NCBI GenBank assembly: GCA_023229725.1 | Contig: JALNYR010000003.1 | Coordinates: forward strand, 1 to 40,747 | Length of the DNA stretch: 40,747 nucleotides | Direction: 5' to 3' | Source of the DNA: Dehalococcoidia bacterium | GTDB lineage: Bacteria; Chloroflexota; Dehalococcoidia; GIF9; AB-539-J10 | Part shown: positions 8,426-16,573 of the stretch, in pieces | How the letters are laid out: each line of letters opens with the position of its first letter | Position numbering within the stretch: the stretch's first letter is position 1 | Made by a program: the position numbers and the translations under genes | Notes under the pieces: generated by a model | What the model saw: the letters and a program-made list of their open reading frames with translations, nothing else | Told to the model about the DNA's origin: nothing | Database searches by the model: none

Positions 8426-8437
8426 TAGGAACGGTCC

Positions 8438-9718
8438 TCAGTAGTCCACAAATTCCGCATCCCCGCCCTCCGCGAGCATCAGCTCGTGGCACCCCCATAC
8501 CATACTATCCATGCGATCTGGGCTGAATCCCATATCTTTTACTGTAGATCCCTGGACCCATGACACCATCTGATCCTCGAGGTCAGGGAACACGCCGACA
8601 TGGTAGCCGCGCCCTTGCTCGTACAGCGCCGCCACGGGCTCCGCGCGCCGGGACTTTCCTTGCGATGCCCATACGTCATCGTAGGCGACGTTTGGGTCTC
8701 GGACGTGGATCACGTCTTCAACCATGTCTCCGCCGTTGTTGCGCTCCCCGACCACTCTATCTGCCCGCCACTGGTAGTACGCCTCGATTGCCCGGGTGCC
8801 CCATTCGTCTGGCGTGTAGGTGCCACTGAGATCATCCAGGACCACGAAGCGGTCACCGCTCTTGCCAGCAACGATGATGCCCGTCTCGATGCCCTTGGAT
8901 TCCGCCTCGTCACCGGAGGATGCTGCCGGGTCCACTGCGACCACGATACGCTCGCACTCCGGCGCGCCGTCGAGACGCTTGATCATCTCCATGTTCCAGA
9001 GTGCGCCCGCCGCTACGTCCAGCCACATGCCCAACAGGAAGCGTTGTCGGTTGCGCTGCGACAGCCGCCCAAGCACGTCCTCGATGTAGCCTTCAGGCAA
9101 GTTCTCCCGGTTGTCTTCCGGGTTCATCAGCATCATGCCGTAGTCGTCCGGCTTGGCGAGCATTGCCTTTGAGGATGGGTCGCGCTTCTCGACGAACTTG
9201 AGGTAGGTCCAGTGCTTCTTGTTGGGCGGGTTGCAATCGAAGAGCGCCTTGTTGACGAGCCCGGAGTTCTCCGCGAGCCGGGTGAGCGCCATCTCTACCG
9301 CGGCGTGCGTGATCTGGCTGCACTCGTTGAAGAAGATCGTGCTCCACTCGGTACCGAGGATCTTCTCGGTGCGGTCCTTCTCGTCGAGGCCGCCGATCCA
9401 GATCTCCGATCCGTTTGGGAACGTGATGAAGTAGTCCGAGTTGTTCCATTTCACCTTGACGTCGGGGCAGACGAGAGCGATCACCTTGGGCAGCGTCTCG
9501 TGCCAGATGCTGGCCTTGGCGTGGTTGAAGCGGAAGCGGAGGATCAGGTGACGCGACTTGGCCTTGAGCGCCCGCACGACGAGCGCGTAGAGGATGATGA
9601 ACGTCTTGCCGGACCGCGAGCCGCCGTAGAGCATGACGTTGCGCGCCGGACTCGCTAGGAGGTCAATCGCCCCGCGCTGCTTCGCGGTCTTCTCAAACGC
9701 GGGCGATGGATTCGGCAT
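8438..9718 (-). CDS. terL: Terminase large subunit
   Basis: Walker A GGSRSGKT, Walker B-like IFFNE, coupling motif DCNPP, and RNase H-like nuclease (AVDPA, ERNNGG, PDRMDS). Confidence 0.95.
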   Translation of the reverse strand: MPNPSPAFEKTAKQRGAIDLLASPARNVMLYGGSRSGKTFIILYALVVRALKAKSRHLILRFRFNHAKASIWHETLPKVIALVCPDVKVKWNNSDYFITFPNGSEIWIGGLDEKDRTEKILGTEWSTIFFNECSQITHAAVEMALTRLAENSGLVNKALFDCNPPNKKHWTYLKFVEKRDPSSKAMLAKPDDYGMMLMNPEDNRENLPEGYIEDVLGRLSQRNRQRFLLGMWLDVAAGALWNMEMIKRLDGAPECERIVVAVDPAASSGDEAESKGIETGIIVAGKSGDRFVVLDDLSGTYTPDEWGTRAIEAYYQWRADRVVGERNNGGDMVEDVIHVRDPNVAYDDVWASQGKSRRAEPVAALYEQGRGYHVGVFPDLEDQMVSWVQGSTVKDMGFSPDRMDSMVWGCHELMLAEGGDAEFVDY

Positions 9719-10667
9719 ACGCCATCACGAACTCCGCCGCGACTTGCGGCACGATAGCATTGCCCGCTCCCCGCAAGAGGCCCACTCTGCCGGGAACCCC
9801 ATGAGCCAAAGGCTGAATCGTGGGTTCAATGCGCCGCGCTTTTCCGTCGGCACAAGGGATGAGGATGCTGCCGCCCCAGGGAGACGGTCGTCGCCCTGAG
9901 ATGGTCCGCCCTTCGGGCCGTCCTGTTGGCATGGCGTGGGCCAACCGACAAGATCCACCGTCCTCCGGCTGCTGTCGTTGTTCCCCGCCTCGTTGTAGCC
10001 GTTCTGTGCCGGAGTCCCGGCCATCGGTGAGGGCCATCCCGCCATCTGCGCGGCAATCGCAATCGGCATCCCCGCACCGTTCCCGTTGTAGCCCTTGGCC
10101 TTCAGCGTCTCTGCCCGCGCCCGCCAACTCTCCAGACTCTCGCCGTCGTTCATCGCGTTCGCATCCGGTGTAGGCCACCCAGTAGAGCCGCTGCCGGATG
10201 TGCGGCGCGCCGACGCCCGCAGCGCACAAATCTGCGGCCCCGACTCCATATCCCATCGCTTCCAGGTCAGCGCGTACTCCGGCGATCCATCCTCGCCCAG
10301 CCTTGCTCGCAACCTGTTCTCCAAAGACGACTGGAGGGCGGCACTCCGCGATGAGGCGTCGGAGCTCGGGCCACAGGTGACGCTCGTCTTTATCTCCGCG
10401 TCCTTTGCCTGCGACGGAGAATGGCTGGCAGGGACAAGATCCGGTCCAAACAGGCTCATCATCAGGCCATCCGGCAAGGCGCAGGGCGTAACTCCATCCA
10501 CCAATGCCTGCGAAGAAGTGGCATTGGGAGAATCCGAGAAGATCGCTCGGTCGGACGTCCGCAATGCTTCTCTCGTCCACCTCGCCATCAGCTATCAGTC
10601 CTTCCTTGATGAGTTCCCGCAGCCACGCGCAGACCTTCGGGTCGTTGTCGTTGTAGTAGGCTGTCAC
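9693..10667 (-). CDS. C5 cytosine DNA methyltransferase, alpha-like chain (motifs I, IV, VI, VIII, X)
   Basis: FFAGIGG, GSCPCQPFS, EQV, HIRQR and LRGAGNAIVPQV are present; there is no motif IX in this frame. Confidence 0.88.
   Translation of the reverse strand: MTAYYNDNDPKVCAWLRELIKEGLIADGEVDERSIADVRPSDLLGFSQCHFFAGIGGWSYALRLAGWPDDEPVWTGSCPCQPFSVAGKGRGDKDERHLWPELRRLIAECRPPVVFGEQVASKAGRGWIAGVRADLEAMGYGVGAADLCAAGVGAPHIRQRLYWVAYTGCERDERRRESGELAGAGRDAEGQGLQRERCGDADCDCRADGGMALTDGRDSGTERLQRGGEQRQQPEDGGSCRLAHAMPTGRPEGRTISGRRPSPWGGSILIPCADGKARRIEPTIQPLAHGVPGRVGLLRGAGNAIVPQVAAEFVMAYAESIARV
9725..10462 (-). CDS. Nested alternative-frame ORF: methyltransferase beta-like chain (TRD-like WP(T/S)P repeats plus motif IX)
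   Basis: Frame is open from 10588 to 9725 inside the MTase gene; three GWP(T/S)P units and LNPRFSLWLMGFPAEW. Start uncertain (ATG 10462, 10459 or 10588). Confidence 0.72.
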   Translation of the reverse strand: MMSLFGPDLVPASHSPSQAKDAEIKTSVTCGPSSDASSRSAALQSSLENRLRARLGEDGSPEYALTWKRWDMESGPQICALRASARRTSGSGSTGWPTPDANAMNDGESLESWRARAETLKAKGYNGNGAGMPIAIAAQMAGWPSPMAGTPAQNGYNEAGNNDSSRRTVDLVGWPTPCQQDGPKGGPSQGDDRLPGAAASSSLVPTEKRGALNPRFSLWLMGFPAEWASCGERAMLSCRKSRRSS

Positions 10668-10789
10668 GACTTGCCAACGTAGACGCCATGCTCGGGCTTC
10701 GTAATCAGACAGGAGAGCGGATAGGAGAGCGCGACGAGCGACACGCCCGCCGCCGTTGGCTTCCAGAAGAAGAGGATGGAGTCTTTCAC
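10664..10789 (-). CDS. Small coupling ORF (41 aa, MKDSILFFWK...), absent from the ORF track
   Basis: GTGA overlaps with both the terS stop and the MTase start. Confidence 0.5.
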   Translation of the reverse strand: MKDSILFFWKPTAAGVSLVALSYPLSCLITKPEHGVYVGKS

Positions 10790-11226
10790 AGCTTCTCGTC
10801 CTGCTTGTCGAAGCGGATCAGGATGGGGCCGCCGTCCGCTCCCGTGTGCTCTACCGTGTCACGCCAGCCGTAGTGATTCTTGAGTGCGAAGATGTGCCCC
10901 TGCCCGTAGCCGAGCCCGCGGAGCATTCGCTCTTCGAGATTCGCCTCGATTCGAAGGCGGGCCTGAAAGATGATGTCTGCCTTCTCTGCGTCGGGGCCGC
11001 CTGGATCTTTCTCCCCCCGCAACATGATGGCTTTGAGTGTCTCGGGACCCGTGCCGCAGACGACGGCAAGCCGCGTGAACGTGTACGGGAGCGGATCGGG
11101 GACTTCCATGACCAAGCCCTTGCCGACGTGAGCCTTTGTGGTGTGCGCGTCGCACATGGCGAAGTAGCCCTCGACGCAGCCGCGAAGCTCATCGGCGGTC
11201 GTGAAGTTCGCCTTGGTCTTTGGCAT
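10786..11226 (-). CDS. terS: Terminase small subunit
   Basis: ELRGCVEGYF...PYTFTRLA...IFALKNHYGWRD..EHTGADGGPI; lies upstream of terL; SD GGGAG. Confidence 0.85.
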   Translation of the reverse strand: MPKTKANFTTADELRGCVEGYFAMCDAHTTKAHVGKGLVMEVPDPLPYTFTRLAVVCGTGPETLKAIMLRGEKDPGGPDAEKADIIFQARLRIEANLEERMLRGLGYGQGHIFALKNHYGWRDTVEHTGADGGPILIRFDKQDEKL

Positions 11227-11396
11227 CGCTCCCTTCTGACTCTCCGAGTTGGCGCAACTGCTCACGATCGACGTTGGCCGGCTTCTTCTTCAACCAGTCG
11301 GCGCGGATCGCGTAGCAGGTCTTCGGCTTCGTGAAGCCCTTGATGCGTTCCATTCCCCTCCATCCCCTTGAGTTGAGCGAGGGGGAGGCCGGTGGC

Positions 11397-11654
11397 TCAG
11401 TCCGACCTCCCCGGAGTCAAGGAGGCGTCCGCCATGTTGCGCGGAGCGATTGAGACTACCTCATGCGCCAACGGAAGACAAGAGACGGATCCGACGCAAC
11501 GGCTACCGGCGGCATCACGAAGCACGACGTCAAACACCTTCCGTTGCTCGTCATAGTTGCAGCGGACCTCGGCACAGACCTCGCTCCCGCGGCGAATCAC
11601 CCAACGCAGCGCGTCCCCATCCGTGATGTCCTTGTGGCGGAAGGCAAGCGTCAC
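11397..11654 (-). CDS. Hypothetical protein (85 aa)
   Basis: GTGA coupling to the upstream ORF. Confidence 0.6.
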   Translation of the reverse strand: MTLAFRHKDITDGDALRWVIRRGSEVCAEVRCNYDEQRKVFDVVLRDAAGSRCVGSVSCLPLAHEVVSIAPRNMADASLTPGRSD

Positions 11655-12028
11655 CGGATCTTCACCGCCCGATCGGATGAGGGTGCGTGTAGTCCTTCAG
11701 GCTGCGCATCGAGGAGTTCCAGCCAGGCGTCCTCTTTGATCTTCGTGAACCGGAAGTGCGTAACGATCTGGCGGAGCTCGATCCTGCCAGTCGAGTACTG
11801 CCAATCCTCCTTATACCGATACGTCTCTGTGTCCACTGCGCCGATGATTGACACCCTCGACACAACGGGCACTGAGAAGTCCAAGTGAAGTTCGTCGTCG
11901 CGCTCTAGACAAACCTCGCGCCGAAGCTGGAAGACGATGTCGATGAAGGGCGCACCAACAACAGCGAACTCCCCGATCTTTTCTTGCGTTCCGTTGCCGC
12001 GTTGCAGAGTTACCGAGATACCATCCAC
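11651..12028 (-). CDS. Hypothetical protein (125 aa)
   Basis: SD AGGAGG before the GTG start. Confidence 0.7.
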   Translation of the reverse strand: MDGISVTLQRGNGTQEKIGEFAVVGAPFIDIVFQLRREVCLERDDELHLDFSVPVVSRVSIIGAVDTETYRYKEDWQYSTGRIELRQIVTHFRFTKIKEDAWLELLDAQPEGLHAPSSDRAVKIR

Positions 12029-12037
12029 GCCGACCTC

Positions 12038-12490
12038 CTATCCCAGCCTGATCCCCACGGTGAAGAAGTGCCACATATCGCGCCACCACGTCGGCGGCTG
12101 CCACATGAACTCGTCGGACTGCGCCGGATTGTCCCACTGCACCTGCGTCCGCGACGGCCACCACTCCATCGGCAGCACGAGCGAGGCCGGGTACCACGCC
12201 ACGCCAAGCGCCTGGAACTGCCGAACGTGGTTCATCTCGTGGTGCAGGATGTACGCTTCCTGCTTCGTCCCGCGTAGAGATTCGTCCATCACGATCACGT
12301 TGGCGAACGTCAGCGCGCTTGCCGGCGAGTCGCCCCAGACACGGAAGACCGGATCGACGTGCATCTCGAGACTGTACGGGGTCAACTCGAACGAGACTTC
12401 GCACGCAACCTGTTCCATCTTGTCCAGCCCGCCGCCGAAGACGAGCGCCGTCACGATTGCCGCTACTGCCATGAGCCCGTTGAGCATCAC
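12038..12490 (-). CDS. Putative secreted/membrane HExxH zincin-like protein
   Basis: Hydrophobic N-terminus, ALTFANVI...ILHHEMNHVRQF; SD AGGAGG. Confidence 0.65.
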   Translation of the reverse strand: MMLNGLMAVAAIVTALVFGGGLDKMEQVACEVSFELTPYSLEMHVDPVFRVWGDSPASALTFANVIVMDESLRGTKQEAYILHHEMNHVRQFQALGVAWYPASLVLPMEWWPSRTQVQWDNPAQSDEFMWQPPTWWRDMWHFFTVGIRLG

Positions 12491-12789
12491 GCCTCCTGTT
12501 GCGACAGCACAAACGCACGCTTGATTGCCTGATCCGCTGTGGTTCCCTGCATCATCCCGCCGGATTCGCCGAAGCCGTAGCGAGCCTGAAAGACGCCCGG
12601 CTTCCCGTCGATGGACGCCCACGCTTCAACCATCGCGTAGCCGTGCTCTTGCCGCATCCGATCGAACAGCACATCATCCAGCAGCGTCTTCGCGCCGAGA
12701 GAACGTACTCGCTCGTCGCCGCTGAGATGCTTCCGCGCCGCGTTGCCAAGAGCCGTAGGCTGCATCTGCATGATCTCTTCCCGCGTCAT
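12487..12789 (-). CDS. Hypothetical protein (100 aa; possibly phage ABA-sandwich/NinX-like)
   Basis: SD GAGGAGG; MTREEIMQM...GTTADQAIKRAFVL pattern. Confidence 0.6.
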   Translation of the reverse strand: MTREEIMQMQPTALGNAARKHLSGDERVRSLGAKTLLDDVLFDRMRQEHGYAMVEAWASIDGKPGVFQARYGFGESGGMMQGTTADQAIKRAFVLSQQEA

Positions 12790-12798
12790 TCTGCCTCC

Positions 12799-13158
12799 TC
12801 ACTTCACGATGTCTCGGACGTTGAACCGGTAGAACCCGTCACTCTCGTACACGCCGCGCACAGCTACCCGCTTCCCGTTTGGCATCGCCTTCCCGAAGTG
12901 CTTGCGAAGCTCCACCATCGAGAAGGTGCGCGAGGTAACTCCGCATGGAGACAGGGCGGCCGAACCTGCGTCCCCAACGTGAAAGCGCAGGTAGAAGATG
13001 TCCGGCTCGGTGTCATCCCACAGCGCCTCCACTGTCGCGTACCGATGCAGCGCCCACTCGCGGCACGTGTCCACTGGCACGCGCACGATACGCCCGTGGA
13101 AGACGATCACGCCGCACGGGTACTTCGAGTGCTTCCCCTTACCGATCGGATGGAGCAT
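12799..13158 (-). CDS. Hypothetical protein (119 aa)
   Basis: SD AAAGGAGG before ATG 13158. Confidence 0.65.
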   Translation of the reverse strand: MLHPIGKGKHSKYPCGVIVFHGRIVRVPVDTCREWALHRYATVEALWDDTEPDIFYLRFHVGDAGSAALSPCGVTSRTFSMVELRKHFGKAMPNGKRVAVRGVYESDGFYRFNVRDIVK

Positions 13159-13393
13159 CGGCCTCCTTTGTCTTCTCGCCGGCCACATCGATGGACGCTG
13201 GCCCATCCACGATGGTCGGCACGGCCCAGCACGCCCGCTTCAGCGTTCGGAATGGCCTCTCTGGTGTCCCGTCCCCGCGCCGATCGTTCCCCGACGGGCT
13301 GACTGAGATCCGTTGCGCTCTCCGCAGAGGATGCGGCCCCCACTTGATGTGGCACCAGCAGTTGTCTAGTCTACCGAGAAGCCTGCGGATCAT
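13139..13393 (-). CDS. Hypothetical protein (84 aa, MIRRLLG...)
   Basis: SD GAGGAG and ATGA coupling. Confidence 0.5.
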   Translation of the reverse strand: MIRRLLGRLDNCWCHIKWGPHPLRRAQRISVSPSGNDRRGDGTPERPFRTLKRACWAVPTIVDGPASIDVAGEKTKEADAPSDR

Positions 13394-13860
13394 GTCTTCT
13401 CCTCTCGCAGCAAGGCGGCGATGGCATCGCGTAGAGACGTAGCGCGACCCATGTCGCCAGCGTCCCCGTTCCAGTCTGCGACCAGGACATCTGCTCTGGT
13501 TGCGATCTCCCTGAGCCTCTCGACTGGGCCGAGTCTGTGCGTGGATGGCGCGGTGCCGGAGAGGGATTCCTTCGTAACGCGGATTGCATCTTCCAGCGGA
13601 CAGCAGCAAATCCCAACAGAGTGATCGCAACCACCGACGTCCTCCATGTACTGTTGCAACTCAGGCAGATCCTTCTCTAGCGCCTCTCTCATCCGCGCGT
13701 TCTCGGCCGCAGCCGCCTCGACGGCTCGACAGAGCAACTCGTTCTTGCCTTTCAGTTCTTCGTTCTCCTTGCGCAGGGCGGCGAGTTCGGCGCGGGCGGC
13801 AACCCGATCCTCAAACTTCGCAGATGACAGGACGATGCACTTCTCAATCGCTCCGCTCAC
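13390..13860 (-). CDS. Coiled-coil hypothetical protein with CDHSVGICCC motif (156 aa)
   Basis: SD AAGGAGG and GTGA coupling. Confidence 0.7.
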   Translation of the reverse strand: MSGAIEKCIVLSSAKFEDRVAARAELAALRKENEELKGKNELLCRAVEAAAAENARMREALEKDLPELQQYMEDVGGCDHSVGICCCPLEDAIRVTKESLSGTAPSTHRLGPVERLREIATRADVLVADWNGDAGDMGRATSLRDAIAALLREEKT

Positions 13861-14012
13861 GTCTCCTCCTTCACTTCGATGGGCTTGCCGCAGTAGGGGC
13901 AGGTGTGCAGCCCGTAGATGCCAAGCCCGCCATACCACAGCTGTTGGCAGTCGGTATGCCAACGATCATCGCTCCCTTGTGTCCACCTGCACGCCTCGCT
14001 CGGCTGCGTCAT
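13857..14012 (-). CDS. Small zinc-ribbon-like protein (51 aa, ...TCPYCGKPIEV), absent from the ORF track
   Basis: Translated by hand; SD AAGGAG; coupled at both ends. Confidence 0.7.
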   Translation of the reverse strand: MTQPSEACRWTQGSDDRWHTDCQQLWYGGLGIYGLHTCPYCGKPIEVKEET

Positions 14013-14239
14013 GCGGACTCCTTGTCGAGGCCCCACGTTGGAATGGCGATGCGGAGCCGCGCCTTCCTGCCTTCTAGGGTACGCCCAGCATACAGGTTGG
14101 CGTTGTCTCGCAAGCCACGCAATAGGCGGCTGTATGCTCCTGTTGATCCAACGCGCTTGTCGTACGGGATGGAGCCAGATAGTAACACGCGCCCATCGAA
14201 TGGGTCTTGAATGCTGTACACAATGTGTCTTGGGATCAC
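14009..14239 (-). CDS. Hypothetical protein (76 aa)
   Basis: SD GGAGG and GTGA coupling. Confidence 0.6.
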   Translation of the reverse strand: MIPRHIVYSIQDPFDGRVLLSGSIPYDKRVGSTGAYSRLLRGLRDNANLYAGRTLEGRKARLRIAIPTWGLDKESA

Positions 14240-14457
14240 GTTCTCACCTCCGGGTGCTCGCGGACCCACTGCTGACCAGCGTCGGTGATGGCCCACTGCC
14301 CATCCCCCACTTCCCTGACGAGCCCGACGCCGCAGAGGCCACGGCAACATGCAATGTAGAACGGGCCGATCACGCTGGCGGCATTCACCAGTTGTAGTTG
14401 CGGCATAAGCCTTCTCAGCATCTCTTCCTGTGCCTTCGACTGCGGCTCGGGCTTCAT
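14236..14457 (-). CDS. Small protein, possibly winged-helix-like (73 aa)
   Basis: SD AAGGAG; ends GLVREVGDGQWAITDAGQQWV. Confidence 0.6.
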   Translation of the reverse strand: MKPEPQSKAQEEMLRRLMPQLQLVNAASVIGPFYIACCRGLCGVGLVREVGDGQWAITDAGQQWVREHPEVRT

Positions 14458-14843
14458 GGTTGCTCCTTGTCGAGCGCGACGCAGGCGCAGTACGAGATGA
14501 GGGGGGGCGGGGCCAGGAGAACATCTACCGGCTGCCATGACACGGACACGGTTCCGTTGAGCGGATTGACCCTCCTTCCGCCTGTCTCTGTCCCCAGCGT
14601 GTCGATGAATCTGCTGACGGCGTCGCCGTTCTTTGCAACCTTCTCGACCATCATCGCGGCGTCGTCGCGCGAGGTGATCGGGAACCAGTCCCATTCGGCA
14701 GTGCCGTAACCAGTCTTCTTGCTGTGCCACCCCATTTGAGACTCTGGCCTGTTGCGCTCCCACCCCATCCTCTCTGCGCAGATGGCGTTGGCCTTGGCGG
14801 GGTCCGACGCGCAGAGCTGCTTCCACTCAGCGTGGGTCATCAT
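14454..14843 (-). CDS. Hypothetical protein (129 aa; possibly phage ABA-sandwich/NinX-like)
   Basis: SD AGGAGG; ICAERMGW...WFPITSRDDAAMMVEKV pattern. Confidence 0.65.
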   Translation of the reverse strand: MMTHAEWKQLCASDPAKANAICAERMGWERNRPESQMGWHSKKTGYGTAEWDWFPITSRDDAAMMVEKVAKNGDAVSRFIDTLGTETGGRRVNPLNGTVSVSWQPVDVLLAPPPLISYCACVALDKEQP

Positions 14844-15090
14844 AGCCAGCCTCCTGTTCGAGCGTCTGCGCATTCTCTGTCAGAAAGTGTGCGACTCTTC
14901 CATACCCGGCTTCCTCGTCAGCCCTGTCGAAGCCCCTGAACGTCACGCGCTCGGGGTACGCTCCAGAGGTAGTCCCGTCTTCTTCGACCTGGCAAGTGAT
15001 TGTCCAGCCGAAGGCGTGCAGGATTCTATTGATCCACCACAGCATCCCGGCTGCCCTGAACTCATCCCACGTTGCGGGCTTCCTCGTCAC
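14827..15090 (-). CDS. Hypothetical protein (87 aa)
   Basis: SD GGGAGG, GTGA coupling; WDEFRAAGMLWWINRILHAFGW. Confidence 0.75.
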   Translation of the reverse strand: MTRKPATWDEFRAAGMLWWINRILHAFGWTITCQVEEDGTTSGAYPERVTFRGFDRADEEAGYGRVAHFLTENAQTLEQEAGYDDPR

Positions 15091-15293
15091 GTCTTCCCTC
15101 CCTTCTCGCGCTCGGCGAGCGCGGACTCGTCCCGAGTGAACCCCTTGACCTCAGCCCAATACTCCAGGGCGAATGCGGACCCACAGAAGCGGCACTCCGC
15201 GCGACACAGAGAGTGATAGGGCATGTCCGTCGCAACGGCGATTGAGAGCAGCTTGTCGCACTGCGGGCAGGCCACTACTACTGGTGCATTCAT
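15087..15293 (-). CDS. Zinc-ribbon-like protein (68 aa, two CxxC)
   Basis: CPQC...CRFC; SD AAGGAGG. Confidence 0.7.
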   Translation of the reverse strand: MNAPVVVACPQCDKLLSIAVATDMPYHSLCRAECRFCGSAFALEYWAEVKGFTRDESALAEREKGGKT

Positions 15294-15469
15294 GTCTTCT
15301 TCTCCTCCTTGACCTTCACGCAGCGGACGCGGAGAACTGGATTGCGTATGCAGTAGAACCACTCGGAGCACACGTTCCCAGCCCTAGGTTCATGCGGGAT
15401 CTTCCTAGGGCACGTTCGGTCAGTGTCGGGGCACCTCGAATCGTCGGCCTTGTTGCAGCGGACTAGCAT
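15290..15469 (-). CDS. Cys-rich hypothetical protein (59 aa)
   Basis: SD AAGGAGG before ATG 15469. Confidence 0.6.
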   Translation of the reverse strand: MLVRCNKADDSRCPDTDRTCPRKIPHEPRAGNVCSEWFYCIRNPVLRVRCVKVKEEKKT

Positions 15470-15696
15470 GGCGGGACCTCCTTCTTGGCGGCTTCCTCGA
15501 ACGCATCTCTCAGTGGACCGGATGGGAGCTTCGTCCAGTCCTTTCCGCAGTCGATGAGTGCCTGCTTGCACTTTGGATGACAGTGCAGCTCTCCATCTAT
15601 CCCCTTGACGCCGAAGCGTTCGTACACGTCGTCTAGCACAGGAAGGATGTAGTCTCCACACACGTCGCAGCGGAGGCCGGTAGATGTTACGCTCAT
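15463..15696 (-). CDS. Zinc-binding-like hypothetical protein (77 aa)
   Basis: CDVC...HCHPKC; SD GAGGAGG. Confidence 0.7.
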   Translation of the reverse strand: MSVTSTGLRCDVCGDYILPVLDDVYERFGVKGIDGELHCHPKCKQALIDCGKDWTKLPSGPLRDAFEEAAKKEVPPC

Positions 15697-15938
15697 GTCT
15701 TGACCTCCTCGCCTTCCCACACCAACACGCTCCCGTATTCGGGATGCCCATGAATCGCAAGCATGTCGTCCATAGACGACCATACCGACGTGCTGCGCTT
15801 GGCAGTGAGCCAGCGAACGGCTACAGTCCCGTCGGAGAAGACGACGCCCTCGAATTGTGGTTCGTCTGGAGCGTTGCGCTGGTCCTCGTTGTGCGTATCC
15901 TGTGGCACCGCCCGCCGGTACATGGTGAACGTCTTCAC
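15693..15938 (-). CDS. Hypothetical protein (81 aa)
   Basis: EGVVFSDGTVAVRWLT...IHGH; SD and GTGA coupling. Confidence 0.78.
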   Translation of the reverse strand: MKTFTMYRRAVPQDTHNEDQRNAPDEPQFEGVVFSDGTVAVRWLTAKRSTSVWSSMDDMLAIHGHPEYGSVLVWEGEEVKT

Positions 15939-16177
15939 GTCTTGACCTCCTCAGCGCCGGAGAGCCAACGAGCCATGCGCCGAGCGGACGCTGTATGGCG
16001 CACATAGAGCCCTGGGCACCGACAGTCCTCCCAGTTCACCCATTCAACGCGCGGACGCTTCAACCGTCTTCCGGTGATGCTGAACCGAACCATGCGTTCT
16101 ACGGTGCGTTGATATCCTCGCCTCTCGAACGTCCTTCCGACGAGCGACTCCAGCTCTCCGAACTTGGTCTCAGGCAT
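15935..16177 (-). CDS. Hypothetical protein (80 aa)
   Basis: SD AGGAGG. Confidence 0.65.
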   Translation of the reverse strand: MPETKFGELESLVGRTFERRGYQRTVERMVRFSITGRRLKRPRVEWVNWEDCRCPGLYVRHTASARRMARWLSGAEEVKT

Positions 16178-16415
16178 CGCGGGCCTCCTGCAACTTCACT
16201 GGCCAGATGTCTAGGTCGGTCCAATCGTGCGGCGGAGACATCCAGGTGTCGCCACTACCGATTACCTCTAAGGCGCGTTGCCTGTCCTCCCACCGTTCGC
16301 GGGATCGCCTTAGCGTGTTCATTCTCGCTTCGGCGTCGTCTCGCTTTCGGTATGCACGCAAGATATCCACTCCCTCGTATGGAACCGCGTTGACAAGTAG
16401 GTAGATGGTCTTCAT
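16170..16415 (-). CDS. Hypothetical protein (81 aa, MKTIYLL...)
   Basis: SD AAGGAGG and ATGA coupling. Confidence 0.68.
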   Translation of the reverse strand: MKTIYLLVNAVPYEGVDILRAYRKRDDAEARMNTLRRSRERWEDRQRALEVIGSGDTWMSPPHDWTDLDIWPVKLQEARDA

Positions 16416-16573
16416 GTGCGGGCCTCCTTGAGAAGCGGGCAGGTATCCATCGAGACACACCTGATGCCGCGCTCTTTTGGACAGACATCCGGATCTGGGT
16501 CTCCAGGCACGACGTAGGCCAGCTTCCAGAAGCAGTGCTCCCGCATGGCCTCCCAGACTTGCTGCGGCGTCAT
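16412..16573 (-). CDS. Cys-containing hypothetical protein (53 aa)
   Basis: SD AAGGAGG and ATGA coupling. Confidence 0.6.
   Translation of the reverse strand: MTPQQVWEAMREHCFWKLAYVVPGDPDPDVCPKERGIRCVSMDTCPLLKEART

Noticed and set aside
9375-9400. TerL Walker B reading FFNE rather than DE (actual site ~9323-9340) as a sign of inactivation
   Set aside because: The catalytic Glu and all other ATPase and nuclease motifs are intact, so this is treated as a natural variant.
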